Virus record (IMG/VR): IMGVR_UViG_3300042306_000967
Location: 1 to 64,000 of that record
DNA from: a virus
Lineage: Duplodnaviria; Caudoviricetes
Strand: one strand, 5' to 3'
Length of the DNA: 64,000 nucleotides
Shown: piece after piece, positions 46,400-56,821 of the stretch
Layout of the letters: every line of letters starts with the position of its first letter
Position numbering within the stretch: the stretch's first letter is position 1
Made by a program: the position numbers and the translations under genes
Notes under the pieces: model-generated
The model's input: the letters and a program-made list of their open reading frames with translations, nothing else
Databases searched by the model: none
What the model was told of the DNA's origin: nothing

Positions 46400-47566
46400 T
46401 TAACCTATATAAATTGCTAAAGGTACTTTTCGTAACATTTCTTGATGTGCAGTAGCTTCTGTGTTTCTATTTTCAAACTGCTTTGTTCTACTTAATTCTT
46501 CCAAAGTTTCTCTCAATTGTGTCATAAGAGATTCTTTTTCGGTTTGGGCTTCACTTCTTAATGCAGCTCCATCTAATTGAATTTCTGCTCCAGGTATTGG
46601 AATTTGTGAATATTTTTCTCTCACAGCACCTAACATTTCTTTTACTAATGCAAGTGTATATTTTCTAATCCATTGTTTACCTACATCATTAATTCCACCG
46701 TATTCCATAAAATCATAAGGAATATCGGAATAATCAGAAATTACATCTGGTGTTACGTTTGTAGAGTTGGTCACAAATTCATCTCTTACAAAATAATCAA
46801 AATGTAATTTTCCATAAAGATTAATATGCTGTGTAGTTGGTCTTGGGAATACTCTAATTTTACCATTTACAATATTAAAAGTAAATGCCGATTTTCTGAA
46901 TTGGTCATTAAATTCAATTGCCTGAATTCTTAACATATCTTCAAATATTGGCATTAATATAAATTGTGCTGCTGGAGAGTAAGAACCGAACCCAAATTCA
47001 TCAATAAGGTTTAACGTACCTTGTCCACTTACCGAATAAGGGTCAAAGAATCTATTAATCGCAGGTACTGGATCGTGGAATACTTTAACAATTTCAATAC
47101 GTTTTCCACTTTCAGAAACTGCACTCCAAAGAGTATCTAAATCATATTCTTGTTGTCCGGCCTGTAATTCTATATATCCCTTCTTAATATCGGTATTTCC
47201 ACCAACACCAGCCAATGTACCATACGCATCAGAAATACCAATTAAAGTTGGAAGATTTGAACCTTGAACTAATTTACTTGAAAGATTCGTGCTTTTAGAT
47301 TTTCCTCTTAAAGTATCTAAATTATTACGAATATTGAATTGGTTTACTTGCGCACCATATTCCGATACGGCTTCTTCCAAACAAGCGTAAAAATTTTCAT
47401 CTAAAAGTTCTATATTTTGAATAGGATACCCCAATCTTCTAGCGCACCACAGTGCCACCTTTGGAGCTTCTTCTTGGAACTCATAATCATTATCATATAT
47501 TCCAAAAGGGGTTTGCCCTGGAAAAAACGAAGATGAACCAGGATATATTAATGTTTCTAATGCCAT
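46400..47566 (-). CDS. Neck protein / head-tail adaptor (T4 gp13-like)
   Basis: RRLGYPIQNIEL...F..C.EEA, WIRKYTLAL.KE.LG.VR.KY..IPIPG.E.QLDG..L.SEA..EKE.L. Confidence 0.85.
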   Translation of the reverse strand: MALETLIYPGSSSFFPGQTPFGIYDNDYEFQEEAPKVALWCARRLGYPIQNIELLDENFYACLEEAVSEYGAQVNQFNIRNNLDTLRGKSKSTNLSSKLVQGSNLPTLIGISDAYGTLAGVGGNTDIKKGYIELQAGQQEYDLDTLWSAVSESGKRIEIVKVFHDPVPAINRFFDPYSVSGQGTLNLIDEFGFGSYSPAAQFILMPIFEDMLRIQAIEFNDQFRKSAFTFNIVNGKIRVFPRPTTQHINLYGKLHFDYFVRDEFVTNSTNVTPDVISDYSDIPYDFMEYGGINDVGKQWIRKYTLALVKEMLGAVREKYSQIPIPGAEIQLDGAALRSEAQTEKESLMTQLRETLEELSRTKQFENRNTEATAHQEMLRKVPLAIYIG

Positions 47567-47591
47567 TATAAGTACTTATTTTAACGTTACC

Positions 47592-47599
47592 TATAAATA
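47592..47599 (-). promoter_or_regulatory. Putative late-promoter motif TATTTATA
   Basis: About 25 nt upstream of the neck gene. Confidence 0.55.
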
Positions 47600-47631
47600 T
47601 TAGAAATTAATAGAATAGTGTTTAGATACGA

Positions 47632-48369
47632 TTATAATCCGTAACGAGATTTAGTTGCGTTATAATTTTGTAGGACTTCACTAGCACTCAATCCCTTTGT
47701 ATAGAAATAAGCTGCTCCTATTTTACCATTCAAATAAGGAGAACTGACACCAGCTCCTATATATCCTAAATATAATGGGTTACTTTCACTAATACTATCC
47801 GAACCATGTGTGCCGGATGAAACTTCCGTTTCATTTATGTAAACTTTAGTAGTATTTGTTGTAGATGTTATTTGTGATATAAAAGTGTATAAATACCAAG
47901 TATTTATTGAGATTGGATTTGTTGTTGAATCTGTTACTCTTTGAGTAGATGTACCATTTGTTACCACACGTGTGTTTCCTGTATTAGAATTCAATCCTCC
48001 CCAATATCCATCAAACCCATATGAAGATGATAATTTTCCAAAAACAGGCTGTCCATTCGCACCCAATGCAGGTAATGTATCAAACTTAACCCAAACCTGA
48101 ATAGTTTTTTGACCAGTTGTTGTTAAAGATAATGATGAGTTATGTGCAATACTAATTGTATCATTTATTCCATCCAAATCAAAAATACCGCCATCAGTTG
48201 AAGTCCAAGTTGCTCCACTTATAGTTGCATTATTTGCATTAGCCGTTCTATCATTCCAAGTCCCAGTAGTGTAATCACTTGCATCTAAATGCATAAATAA
48301 CGAATCTGTTATTATACTTAACGGAACAATTGGTATTACTAAAAATCCTCTATCAAATATAATACTCAT
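47632..48369 (-). CDS. LamG / concanavalin A-like lectin domain virion protein
   Basis: LFMHLDAS...W.D....NNAT, FDLDGIND, TIQVWVKF, NTWY, KVYIN, LNGKIG..YFYTKGLS..EV.QNYNATK.RYG. Confidence 0.85.
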   Translation of the reverse strand: MSIIFDRGFLVIPIVPLSIITDSLFMHLDASDYTTGTWNDRTANANNATISGATWTSTDGGIFDLDGINDTISIAHNSSLSLTTTGQKTIQVWVKFDTLPALGANGQPVFGKLSSSYGFDGYWGGLNSNTGNTRVVTNGTSTQRVTDSTTNPISINTWYLYTFISQITSTTNTTKVYINETEVSSGTHGSDSISESNPLYLGYIGAGVSSPYLNGKIGAAYFYTKGLSASEVLQNYNATKSRYGL

Positions 48370-48370
48370 A

Positions 48371-50761
48371 TTATGCTATTTCGTAACTTCCGTTCCAAAT
48401 AAATCTATCACCATTTGTCCAAGTGAATGGTTGGGTTGGGTTTAATTCAACCGCAGTTCCATTTGAATTATGTTGATATTGTATAGCTGCTTTATGATTA
48501 AATCCGGCTCGTGCTCCATTCACTGTGGCGTTATACCAAGCAGAACCATTGTCTAATAAAGTTGCACTCATTAAGATAGCATCTGCATGCGATGCCGTAA
48601 ATGGCATTGATACATACCATTCTCCACTACCAAATGTTGTTGTACTTCCCATTGCAATATTACCTCTTACAAAACATGTCTTACCAACTACTTTGTACCA
48701 ACCTTCAATTGTTCCATTATTAATTGCTGGATTTGAAGATACTGCTGTCCATTGTGGAGTATATGCAGTCCATCCGGTATCAATTCTACTATTGTTTATA
48801 GTTACCGAACCAGTTAAATTTGTTGATGCTGATACAATTAGTGAACCAGTAACTATTACCGAACCACTAATAAGTGCCAACCCACCATTGTTTATATATA
48901 AATTACTTCCACTATTCAATATTAGATTAGAAGAAGATGCCAATAAAGTTGCGTTACTTATTGCAGTAGAACTAACAAATAAAGAACCACTAATTGTTTG
49001 ATTACCATAGAAAGTATTTGCCGATGCAGTTTGTGCAAATAAGGAATAATTTTGTATTTGTGTTGATGAAGATACAATTGCCACAGATTTTAATGATGCG
49101 GTGTAACCCATCAATCCACTTACAATATTACTAACCGAACCCGTCAAAGTATTCAATGATGCAGTTGTTTGTAATATTCTACTTACCACACTATCATTTG
49201 AACCTGTATATGTATTTAATGCTGATACATCTGTGGATGTTGATGACGATATAAATCCAAAGTTAGTTATCTGCTGTGATGAACTTATTAGACCGCCCAA
49301 ATATTTAGTTGCCGATACCGTTCCTACCGTTAATGTATTTGTTGAAGAATTATATCTTATATTATTATTACCAGCAATTGTAGCTGAATTTACTGCAATT
49401 GCATTTGAGAATAATAAATACGATTGAAAATCTTGCGTATTTGAATATAACAACATTGTCTTTGCATTATCCGATACTACACTATATGAAGATGATTCTA
49501 TTAACGAACCAGATGATACGAATCCAAAATTAGTTATTTGTTGTGATGAACTTATTACCCCATTTGTTGCTAATAATGAACCGGTAATACTATTTGCTAA
49601 TATCGAACCAGTAACTATTGTATTAGAACTTAATGAAATTTTATTATTTTCTACCTTTAAAGTATTACTACTTACTTTAAGTTCTACAAAAGCATCTGAA
49701 CCAATTTGGTAATCTGGACTTTCTATAGTCAAAGGATATGCTGGATTAAGAGATACAGTTGAACCAAATGCAATAGCTCTAAAAGACTCTCCAAATGGGA
49801 CAGAATTACCAATTACCGTCCTTATTGTACCATCATAAAATCTAATTATCCATCCATTTTGTACTCCACTAGTTTCTGCATTATCAGCTACAATTAGTCC
49901 ACTACCATTCAAAGCAGTACCACCATAGTAGTCTTGTGTAATTGTTATTTGTGTACCAGTTTGTGGAACACTACTACCTGAAATTATATTACCTTCAAAT
50001 GTTAAAATAGAGTCTAACAATATAGATGTACCGGAAGTTCCACTTGTACCACTTTCACCGGATGTACCACTTTCACCAGATGTTCCATCTACTCCAGAAG
50101 TTCCAGATGTTCCATCTACTCCACTTGTACCATCAACGCCAGAAGTTCCAGCATTTCCTGTCAAACTTGTATAAGTTTCACCATTTAGTGTAATAGAACC
50201 GGTCATTAATAAAGAACCAGTTAAATTAATATTACCATTAGTTATGTTTAGTGAACCCGAAGTTAATCCATTCAATGAGTTATATCCAATAGTAATATCA
50301 CTAGGAAAATAACCCTTACCATCATAATCAAATATCCAATTAGATTGGAATGAACCTGATTTTTGAACTACTATTCCTGCGGTAGGTCCATCTGAAACCG
50401 GAAATGAAATTAATTGATTTGCAAAAAATGATGCATCATCATTTGGATTCGTAGGATTAGCAACAGCCCCAATTAATGAAACTGCATCAGCTGTTATAAA
50501 TAGTGGAGCTCCATCAGAACCACTTACTCTTAAACCAAAAGAAGGACCTGCAGGAGTGTTTACCTCTCCGATTGTAAGTGAACTATCACCACTACCACTT
50601 ATTGTTTGAGTTCCAGTAAAAGTATTAGAACCAGTTGTTGCAAATGAACCGGTATTAATTGTTGATTGGATTGGTGGTAATTTATCCAATGGAACTTTAC
50701 CACTACCATCTAACGGAGCGTATCCATTTGCCCTTCCTCTATTTATTTTACTTTCAAACAT
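48371..50761 (-). CDS. Fibre-like virion protein (796 aa) with short Gly-X-Y tract and receptor-binding-type C-terminal domain
   Basis: N-terminal G.ANGYAPLD.SGKVP..KLP; GTSGVDGTSG tract; C-terminal GWTAYTP.W......GT..GWYK.VGKT.FVR...W...MPF. Confidence 0.7.
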   Translation of the reverse strand: MFESKINRGRANGYAPLDGSGKVPLDKLPPIQSTINTGSFATTGSNTFTGTQTISGSGDSSLTIGEVNTPAGPSFGLRVSGSDGAPLFITADAVSLIGAVANPTNPNDDASFFANQLISFPVSDGPTAGIVVQKSGSFQSNWIFDYDGKGYFPSDITIGYNSLNGLTSGSLNITNGNINLTGSLLMTGSITLNGETYTSLTGNAGTSGVDGTSGVDGTSGTSGVDGTSGESGTSGESGTSGTSGTSILLDSILTFEGNIISGSSVPQTGTQITITQDYYGGTALNGSGLIVADNAETSGVQNGWIIRFYDGTIRTVIGNSVPFGESFRAIAFGSTVSLNPAYPLTIESPDYQIGSDAFVELKVSSNTLKVENNKISLSSNTIVTGSILANSITGSLLATNGVISSSQQITNFGFVSSGSLIESSSYSVVSDNAKTMLLYSNTQDFQSYLLFSNAIAVNSATIAGNNNIRYNSSTNTLTVGTVSATKYLGGLISSSQQITNFGFISSSTSTDVSALNTYTGSNDSVVSRILQTTASLNTLTGSVSNIVSGLMGYTASLKSVAIVSSSTQIQNYSLFAQTASANTFYGNQTISGSLFVSSTAISNATLLASSSNLILNSGSNLYINNGGLALISGSVIVTGSLIVSASTNLTGSVTINNSRIDTGWTAYTPQWTAVSSNPAINNGTIEGWYKVVGKTCFVRGNIAMGSTTTFGSGEWYVSMPFTASHADAILMSATLLDNGSAWYNATVNGARAGFNHKAAIQYQHNSNGTAVELNPTQPFTWTNGDRFIWNGSYEIA

Positions 50762-50770
50762 TGTTTTTTA

Positions 50771-53038
50771 TTAATCTATTGCTTGTGTGATATATTCAGT
50801 TATAAAAGGAAAATATCCTTCGCCGGGTAGAATTACAGTTAATACATTAGTATCATTACCAGCCTTTTGAATAGTTTTATTATAGTTTCTATAAACCTCT
50901 GGTACTAAACTTAATCCATTTTCCGTTAAAACTAAATCAGCAGTTCCACCAAATGAAGCAGATGCTATTGTTATAGTATCATTATCTCGATACAGTTTTC
51001 CACCAGTAGTAACATTAACAGTAGTTACCAAATTACTTGCCACAATAATTTCAAATTCAGCATTTACACCAATACCAGAAGTTGATGTTTGGGTTATATT
51101 ACTATAAGTTCCATCACTCCCAGATACATCATTTGGAAATGTAACGCTTGTAAGATTTCCATAATATGGAGTAAAATCAATATTATTAATCGGAGTTTCT
51201 ACTCTATTAAATCGGAAATCATCACCTACTGTATTATACTCAAAATTATCTGCGATATTATTATCATAGAAATATTCACCAATAGTATTGTGGTTAAAAT
51301 TGTTTCCAATTACATTACCTCTATGAACTCCACCGCCAAATCCAAAATCATCTCCAATAGTATTGCTATCAAAATCATTTCTAATCTGATTATAGCAGAA
51401 GTTAATTCCGATTGTGTTATCATAGAAATTATTTCCAATTACATTGTGTTGGAAATCCCCAGCTGTATTATTACCGTGAAAATTATTACCAATTTGATTA
51501 TGTTGAAAATATGATTCTCCACCCAGTTCTCCAATTGTATTACCATAGAAATCAAAACCAATAGTATTACCATTAAAATCCGAATGAAAAATATTATTGT
51601 AAAAGTTAGTTGAAATGGTATTCTTTGAAAGATATTGATAAAAGGTATTATCATAGAAGTTATTACCTATTATATTATCATCACACGAATAAGTGAATAC
51701 ATTATTATAGGCATTATTCAAATTGTTGCGTCTAAAACCACGAAGTATAATATTACCATTAAAGGTATCATTAAATGTATTGTTTACAAAATCACCATCG
51801 CCTACATAAAAGTTATTGTAAAAATCACCCCTAATCAGGTTATAAAGAAAATCATCTGACTCATAATCACCTAAAACATTATTATAATAATCACCTATAA
51901 TTTGATTATATGTAAAATCACAATCAATTACATTATCATTAAAATCACCACTAATTACATTATTATCAAAATCGTTAGTAATAATATTGCCAATAAAGTT
52001 ACCTGTAATTACATTAGAATCACAATCATCATCAATTGTATTATTTCTAAAATCAATACCAAATGAATTATCTCTGTATGAACCATCTTTGAAAACATTA
52101 TTTGATAATAAGAAAGTATAATCTTCATTCCATACTGTAAATGCATTTGGATTTGTACACACCGTATTGAACGAATCGAGCTCATTATGGAAAGTTAGGT
52201 ATTCATACTCATTGGTATTTGTTAAAATGTTATTTTGTTTGTAAGACATTCCAGTTGCTGTATAAGCATTAACTAATCTCTTATTGGAAACGGTATGAAT
52301 TGTACTTCCCGTAACAACCATTCCGTGGTCACCCAATACTTCTAAAACTGCGTAATAACTTACAAGAGGATTATTATTTGTATCCAACACACCAACAACA
52401 CTTCCGGAATTAAAATTATCAAAATATGTCCCACTACCACTAATAAAACCAGCACTACCAGTCATAGTTAAAGTAATAGTCCCATCATACATATTATCGG
52501 AAAGGTATGCATCATATCTTTTGAAACGAACTTCTCTAAAATCATAATCAAATGTGTTTCCTCTATCATCTTTTCTATATACAATTCTACCAACTGCAGG
52601 ATTATTAGTTACTTCAGTTTGAGTAAATGAAATATCGTATCTAATGTTATCCTTTGGATGTTCCGGTTGGTATGCATCGGATGCCAAAGAACCAGAATCC
52701 AATGCGAATACAATTATAGGTGAAAGGCTTCCTGTTTTATAGTTACCTGTTGTAATTTCAAACCCATTAACATCGTAATTAGGTTGGTCATAGCAAGTTC
52801 TAAAATCGGTAATCTTATAGTAAGTACCAGCAGTTAGCGCCGCATCCTCCCATAAAGTATATAGTTGATTATAAGTGGTTTCTACGATTCCACCACCACC
52901 GGCGTTTGTTATGTTTCCCTCACTATCTTTTGCTTTAATAGCTCCATCGTTTGTATCTATAAACAAATTGAAACTACCTTCCTCTAATGGAGTATCTAAT
53001 CTTGAGCTTACTTGCCCTTGTAATTGAATGTATTGCAT
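50771..53038 (-). CDS. Asn-rich beta-helix / beta-roll virion protein (755 aa)
   Basis: N-terminal TY..L..L....LT.GTYYKITDF and GRI.YRKDD.GN.FDYDF...FKRY; long 9-residue repeat N-x-I-G-x-x-F-x-x. Confidence 0.7.
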   Translation of the reverse strand: MQYIQLQGQVSSRLDTPLEEGSFNLFIDTNDGAIKAKDSEGNITNAGGGGIVETTYNQLYTLWEDAALTAGTYYKITDFRTCYDQPNYDVNGFEITTGNYKTGSLSPIIVFALDSGSLASDAYQPEHPKDNIRYDISFTQTEVTNNPAVGRIVYRKDDRGNTFDYDFREVRFKRYDAYLSDNMYDGTITLTMTGSAGFISGSGTYFDNFNSGSVVGVLDTNNNPLVSYYAVLEVLGDHGMVVTGSTIHTVSNKRLVNAYTATGMSYKQNNILTNTNEYEYLTFHNELDSFNTVCTNPNAFTVWNEDYTFLLSNNVFKDGSYRDNSFGIDFRNNTIDDDCDSNVITGNFIGNIITNDFDNNVISGDFNDNVIDCDFTYNQIIGDYYNNVLGDYESDDFLYNLIRGDFYNNFYVGDGDFVNNTFNDTFNGNIILRGFRRNNLNNAYNNVFTYSCDDNIIGNNFYDNTFYQYLSKNTISTNFYNNIFHSDFNGNTIGFDFYGNTIGELGGESYFQHNQIGNNFHGNNTAGDFQHNVIGNNFYDNTIGINFCYNQIRNDFDSNTIGDDFGFGGGVHRGNVIGNNFNHNTIGEYFYDNNIADNFEYNTVGDDFRFNRVETPINNIDFTPYYGNLTSVTFPNDVSGSDGTYSNITQTSTSGIGVNAEFEIIVASNLVTTVNVTTGGKLYRDNDTITIASASFGGTADLVLTENGLSLVPEVYRNYNKTIQKAGNDTNVLTVILPGEGYFPFITEYITQAID

Positions 53039-53042
53039 ATTT

Positions 53043-54242
53043 TTATATTATTATTCCGTTTCCTACTATTGATGAACTTCCTATTAGTATAACTTCACCA
53101 CCCACACTTATTTTTCCGTTATTTTCTATATAACTATCTTTTACTAATAGACTTCCACCTATAAATATTGAACCCTCTTTTTTGAATGATTTGTTTGTTG
53201 AATATAGTAATATACTACTAGTGGTACTGCCTTCTATTAACAATTGACAATCTTCTAATATATAATCCCCAGAGAAAGTTAATTGCTCGGTATTTCTTAG
53301 AATATAATTTTTATCTTTATTCCAATTTGTATTTGATGGTAAGTTGTATAATCCACCACCATCTCCAAAATATTTAGATGCCGTTATTGCTGCAGTATAT
53401 TGTACAGTATTTTCTTCCCCATCAACATCGGTTGTAATTGAGAATGATGAAGTAGCTTGAGTCACCGCATCTACGAAAATAATTGAACCATGTGATATGT
53501 AAAGGTCTTTCCAAGCATTTGTTGGAGAACCTAAACTGAATGATGATGTAAATGTTCCCTGTCCAGTTGTTGGTATGATTGAACCACTAATAGTTTGGTT
53601 TCCAATAAAAGTGTTTGAACCAGTTGTTGCTAAATAAGAAAGGTCTTGCTCATTTGTAGCTTGTAAAATTCTTAAATCAAATGATGCCGAATCCGTATAA
53701 TAAGATGATGTAAAATCGTTAAATGAACCAGTTGTTGTAAATGAACCACTATCTATTGAAAATCCAGAAGTACCCGATGAACCACTACTACCATCAACTC
53801 CATCAGTTCCAGTTGTACCATCAACACCCGACGTGCCGCTTATACCAGAAGTTCCACTAACTCCAGATGTGCCATTTATACCAGAAGTTCCACTAACTCC
53901 AGAAGTTCCTGATGTTCCGTTTGTACCAATCCCGGAAGTTCCAGATGTACCACTACTTCCAAAAAATGTACCATCTAACCCAGAAGTACCGGACGAACCG
54001 GAAGTTCCGTTTAATCCATTAGTCCCGTTTAATCCACTAGTTCCGCTTGACCCACTCGTACCAGATGACCCACTACTTCCGCTCGTGCCACTACTACCGG
54101 ATGTACCGGAAGTTGCCGATGTGCCAGAAGTTCCACTAGTCCCAGTATCAAATCCTCTTGGTCCTTCCGGTCCCATAGGCCCTTGTACACCAACGGATGT
54201 GATTTTAATTTGAGATTGTGGTTGTATTATTTCTAATTTCAT
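53043..54242 (-). CDS. Collagen-like fibre protein (399 aa)
   Basis: GVQGPMGPEGPRG followed by a GTS/GSS tract with a DGTFFG motif; SLGSPTNAWKDLYIS fibre motif. Confidence 0.7.
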   Translation of the reverse strand: MKLEIIQPQSQIKITSVGVQGPMGPEGPRGFDTGTSGTSGTSATSGTSGSSGTSGSSGSSGTSGSSGTSGLNGTNGLNGTSGSSGTSGLDGTFFGSSGTSGTSGIGTNGTSGTSGVSGTSGINGTSGVSGTSGISGTSGVDGTTGTDGVDGSSGSSGTSGFSIDSGSFTTTGSFNDFTSSYYTDSASFDLRILQATNEQDLSYLATTGSNTFIGNQTISGSIIPTTGQGTFTSSFSLGSPTNAWKDLYISHGSIIFVDAVTQATSSFSITTDVDGEENTVQYTAAITASKYFGDGGGLYNLPSNTNWNKDKNYILRNTEQLTFSGDYILEDCQLLIEGSTTSSILLYSTNKSFKKEGSIFIGGSLLVKDSYIENNGKISVGGEVILIGSSSIVGNGIII

Positions 54243-54254
54243 TCTTTATATTAA

Positions 54255-56804
54255 TTACGCATGTTGTGTTATTACACATATTATCGATGGTGTTACAGGT
54301 GTTGTTGGTGTAGTTCCAGCAGCATAATATGGGAACGAATTTGAAGTACTTTCTCCCTGATACATTATTTCAAAATACGAACCAGAGTTTAAATATAATA
54401 TGTTATTTTTATTAATGGTTACATCTATTCCACTAGATAATGTTCTCAAATTATTACTAGCTACCACATCATTTCCATCTTTTCTCAACCATATATTAAT
54501 ATCCGAAGTACCAGTTACCGACCTATATGCTTGTGCTGTATATTGTATATTATACCAACCTGTTGTATTTGTATAAATTCTACTTGTTCTAGTTCCAGAA
54601 CGAACTATATTAAATGCTCCACTATGGCCATCCATTGTACTGAATTCAAATGGATATGCGGTTGTTGTTGATGCTATGGTTTGCGATGCGGTGTGGTACA
54701 TCATTGCGTAGTTAAATTGTGTACTACCACTAATAATAAAATCACCACCATCGTATATGCTTATCGAACCAGTTACATCTAATCCACCAATTACATCCAA
54801 TGAACCAGAGATTAATGCCGAACCAGTGAATGCGGTTAAGATTGCAGATGTTCCAGAAGAACCAGCTGTACCACCACTTCCGGCAGTACCATTTGTACCA
54901 GATGAACCACTTGAACCAGAACTTCCAGATGAACCAGATGTGCCCCTTGTACCACTACTTCCAGATGAGCCACCACTACCAGATGTTCCATCTAAACCAT
55001 TCGTACCGTTTTCTCCGGACGTTCCAGATGAACCACTACTTCCAGATGAACCACTACTTCCACTAACTCCTGATGTACCAGATGAACCTGAAGTGCCATC
55101 ACCACCGGCTGCTCCTGCTAAATTTACAGTCCAAGAAGTATATTCACCGCTACCAGTTGTTTCAGATGGAGTTCCAAATACCAATTCACCAGTACTAATA
55201 TTATATGATGTAATTGATGATATTTGATGATTGGAAGCATCGTATGCTATTAAAACGTCTTGTGCTACCGTATAAGATAATCCAGTTTCAACAAATATAG
55301 TACCACCACTTCCTAATGTAAATGATGTTGTTGAAGTAGCTTGATATTTACTTCCATCAAATCCAGAAGTTCCAGAAGTACCAGCCGTGCCACCACTACC
55401 AGCAGTTCCATTTGTTCCTGATGTACCACTACTTCCAGATGTGCCAGATGTGCCACCACTACCACTTGTACCAGAAGTTCCTGATGAGCCACTACTTCCA
55501 GAAGAACCCGATGAACCACCACTTCCTGCAGTACCTCTAGTTCCAGAAGAACCCGATGAACCACTTGAACCCCCACTACCATTTGTACCATCTAATCCGT
55601 TTGTACCATTTGCTCCAGAAGTTCCCGATGAACCACCACTACCTGCCGTACCATTTGTACCCCCACTACCAGCAGTTCCGTTTGTTCCTGATGTGCCAGA
55701 AGTTCCATCAACACCACCACTACCATTTGTTCCGTTTGCACCAGAAGTTCCAGATGTACCCCCACTACCAGCAGTACCATCCGTTCCATCACCACCACTT
55801 GCTCCTGCTAAGTTTACATTCCAAGAAGTATATGTACCACTTCCTACCGTTGTTGTTGGAGGTCCTACTACTAATGCTCCATTTGCAGGATTATAACTAA
55901 CAACTGCAGCTGTTTCATAATTTGAACCATTATGTGAAATTAATACCGTTTGTGCTGGTGTATATGCTAATCCTAATCCTATTGTTAAAGTTGTTGATAC
56001 TCCTAATTCAAATGATGATACCGAAGTTGTTTTGTATTTATCACCATCATTACCACTCGTACCACTACTACCAGAAGTTCCAGAGGTGCCGCTTGTACCA
56101 GAAGAACCCGATGAACCACCACTTCCTGCAGTTCCATTTGTACCCGATGTACCAGAAGTTGCGGATGTACCAGAAGTTCCAGAAGTTTGTGATGTATAAG
56201 GTGTACCATTGATATAAAATTCACCATCTACACTTACAGTTGAACCACTTACGGTCAATGAAGGAGTATTAGGAGCTGTACCTGTTAAGTTTGTACCACT
56301 AAAAAATTTAACTGATGCACTACCTGTTTGTGTAGTACCTATCATTAAACTCTCACCATTTGTAAGTATGAATGCATCATTTGGTTGAGAACTTCTAGTA
56401 TTTGTTCTACTACCATTCATACCAATTAATATACCTCTACCTACATCATTTATTGCGTTTACGGATGTTCTTGCATCATTAAGACTACTTTGGTTTTGTA
56501 TAGAAAGAGTTGCCGTACCTTGGATATTTGCAATTGCTGACATTATTTCAGCTCCAGATGCGGATACAATTAGAGTTCCTTCAACCATTTGGTTTCCCAT
56601 AAACTCATTACCACCATTCAATACTGCATAAGAACCAGTATCCAAATAGTTATAGTATCCTAAGTCTAGCCATGCAGTTACACCATCACCAATTTTAATA
56701 TTGTTGGTGTCCATTTCAAGACCTAATTCACCTTGCGATAGGGTTGGGTTTACATTTTCCCAGTTTTCTCTTATATCCCTTCTTAATTGTATTTTACTTG
56801 CCAT
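54255..56804 (-). CDS. Fibre protein (849 aa): Mtd/hyaluronidase-type N-terminal domain, Gly-X-Y tracts, duplicated internal domain, C1q/TNF-like C-terminal head
   Basis: KIQLRRD...W...NP.L..GELGLE.DT..IKIGDGVTAW..L.Y; C-terminal I....TGWYNIQY.AQ.....INIWLRKDG.DV...LNSGSYFEIM. Confidence 0.75.
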   Translation of the reverse strand: MASKIQLRRDIRENWENVNPTLSQGELGLEMDTNNIKIGDGVTAWLDLGYYNYLDTGSYAVLNGGNEFMGNQMVEGTLIVSASGAEIMSAIANIQGTATLSIQNQSSLNDARTSVNAINDVGRGILIGMNGSRTNTRSSQPNDAFILTNGESLMIGTTQTGSASVKFFSGTNLTGTAPNTPSLTVSGSTVSVDGEFYINGTPYTSQTSGTSGTSATSGTSGTNGTAGSGGSSGSSGTSGTSGTSGSSGTSGNDGDKYKTTSVSSFELGVSTTLTIGLGLAYTPAQTVLISHNGSNYETAAVVSYNPANGALVVGPPTTTVGSGTYTSWNVNLAGASGGDGTDGTAGSGGTSGTSGANGTNGSGGVDGTSGTSGTNGTAGSGGTNGTAGSGGSSGTSGANGTNGLDGTNGSGGSSGSSGSSGTRGTAGSGGSSGSSGSSGSSGTSGTSGSGGTSGTSGSSGTSGTNGTAGSGGTAGTSGTSGFDGSKYQATSTTSFTLGSGGTIFVETGLSYTVAQDVLIAYDASNHQISSITSYNISTGELVFGTPSETTGSGEYTSWTVNLAGAAGGDGTSGSSGTSGVSGSSGSSGSSGSSGTSGENGTNGLDGTSGSGGSSGSSGTRGTSGSSGSSGSSGSSGTNGTAGSGGTAGSSGTSAILTAFTGSALISGSLDVIGGLDVTGSISIYDGGDFIISGSTQFNYAMMYHTASQTIASTTTAYPFEFSTMDGHSGAFNIVRSGTRTSRIYTNTTGWYNIQYTAQAYRSVTGTSDINIWLRKDGNDVVASNNLRTLSSGIDVTINKNNILYLNSGSYFEIMYQGESTSNSFPYYAAGTTPTTPVTPSIICVITQHA

Positions 56805-56821
56805 TGCTAATCCTATTTATT

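Noticed and set aside
54255-56804. Diversity-generating retroelement suggested by the Mtd-like N-terminus
   Set aside because: Only the N-terminal anchoring domain is Mtd-like. No reverse transcriptase and no TR/VR pair differing at adenines was seen in the window.
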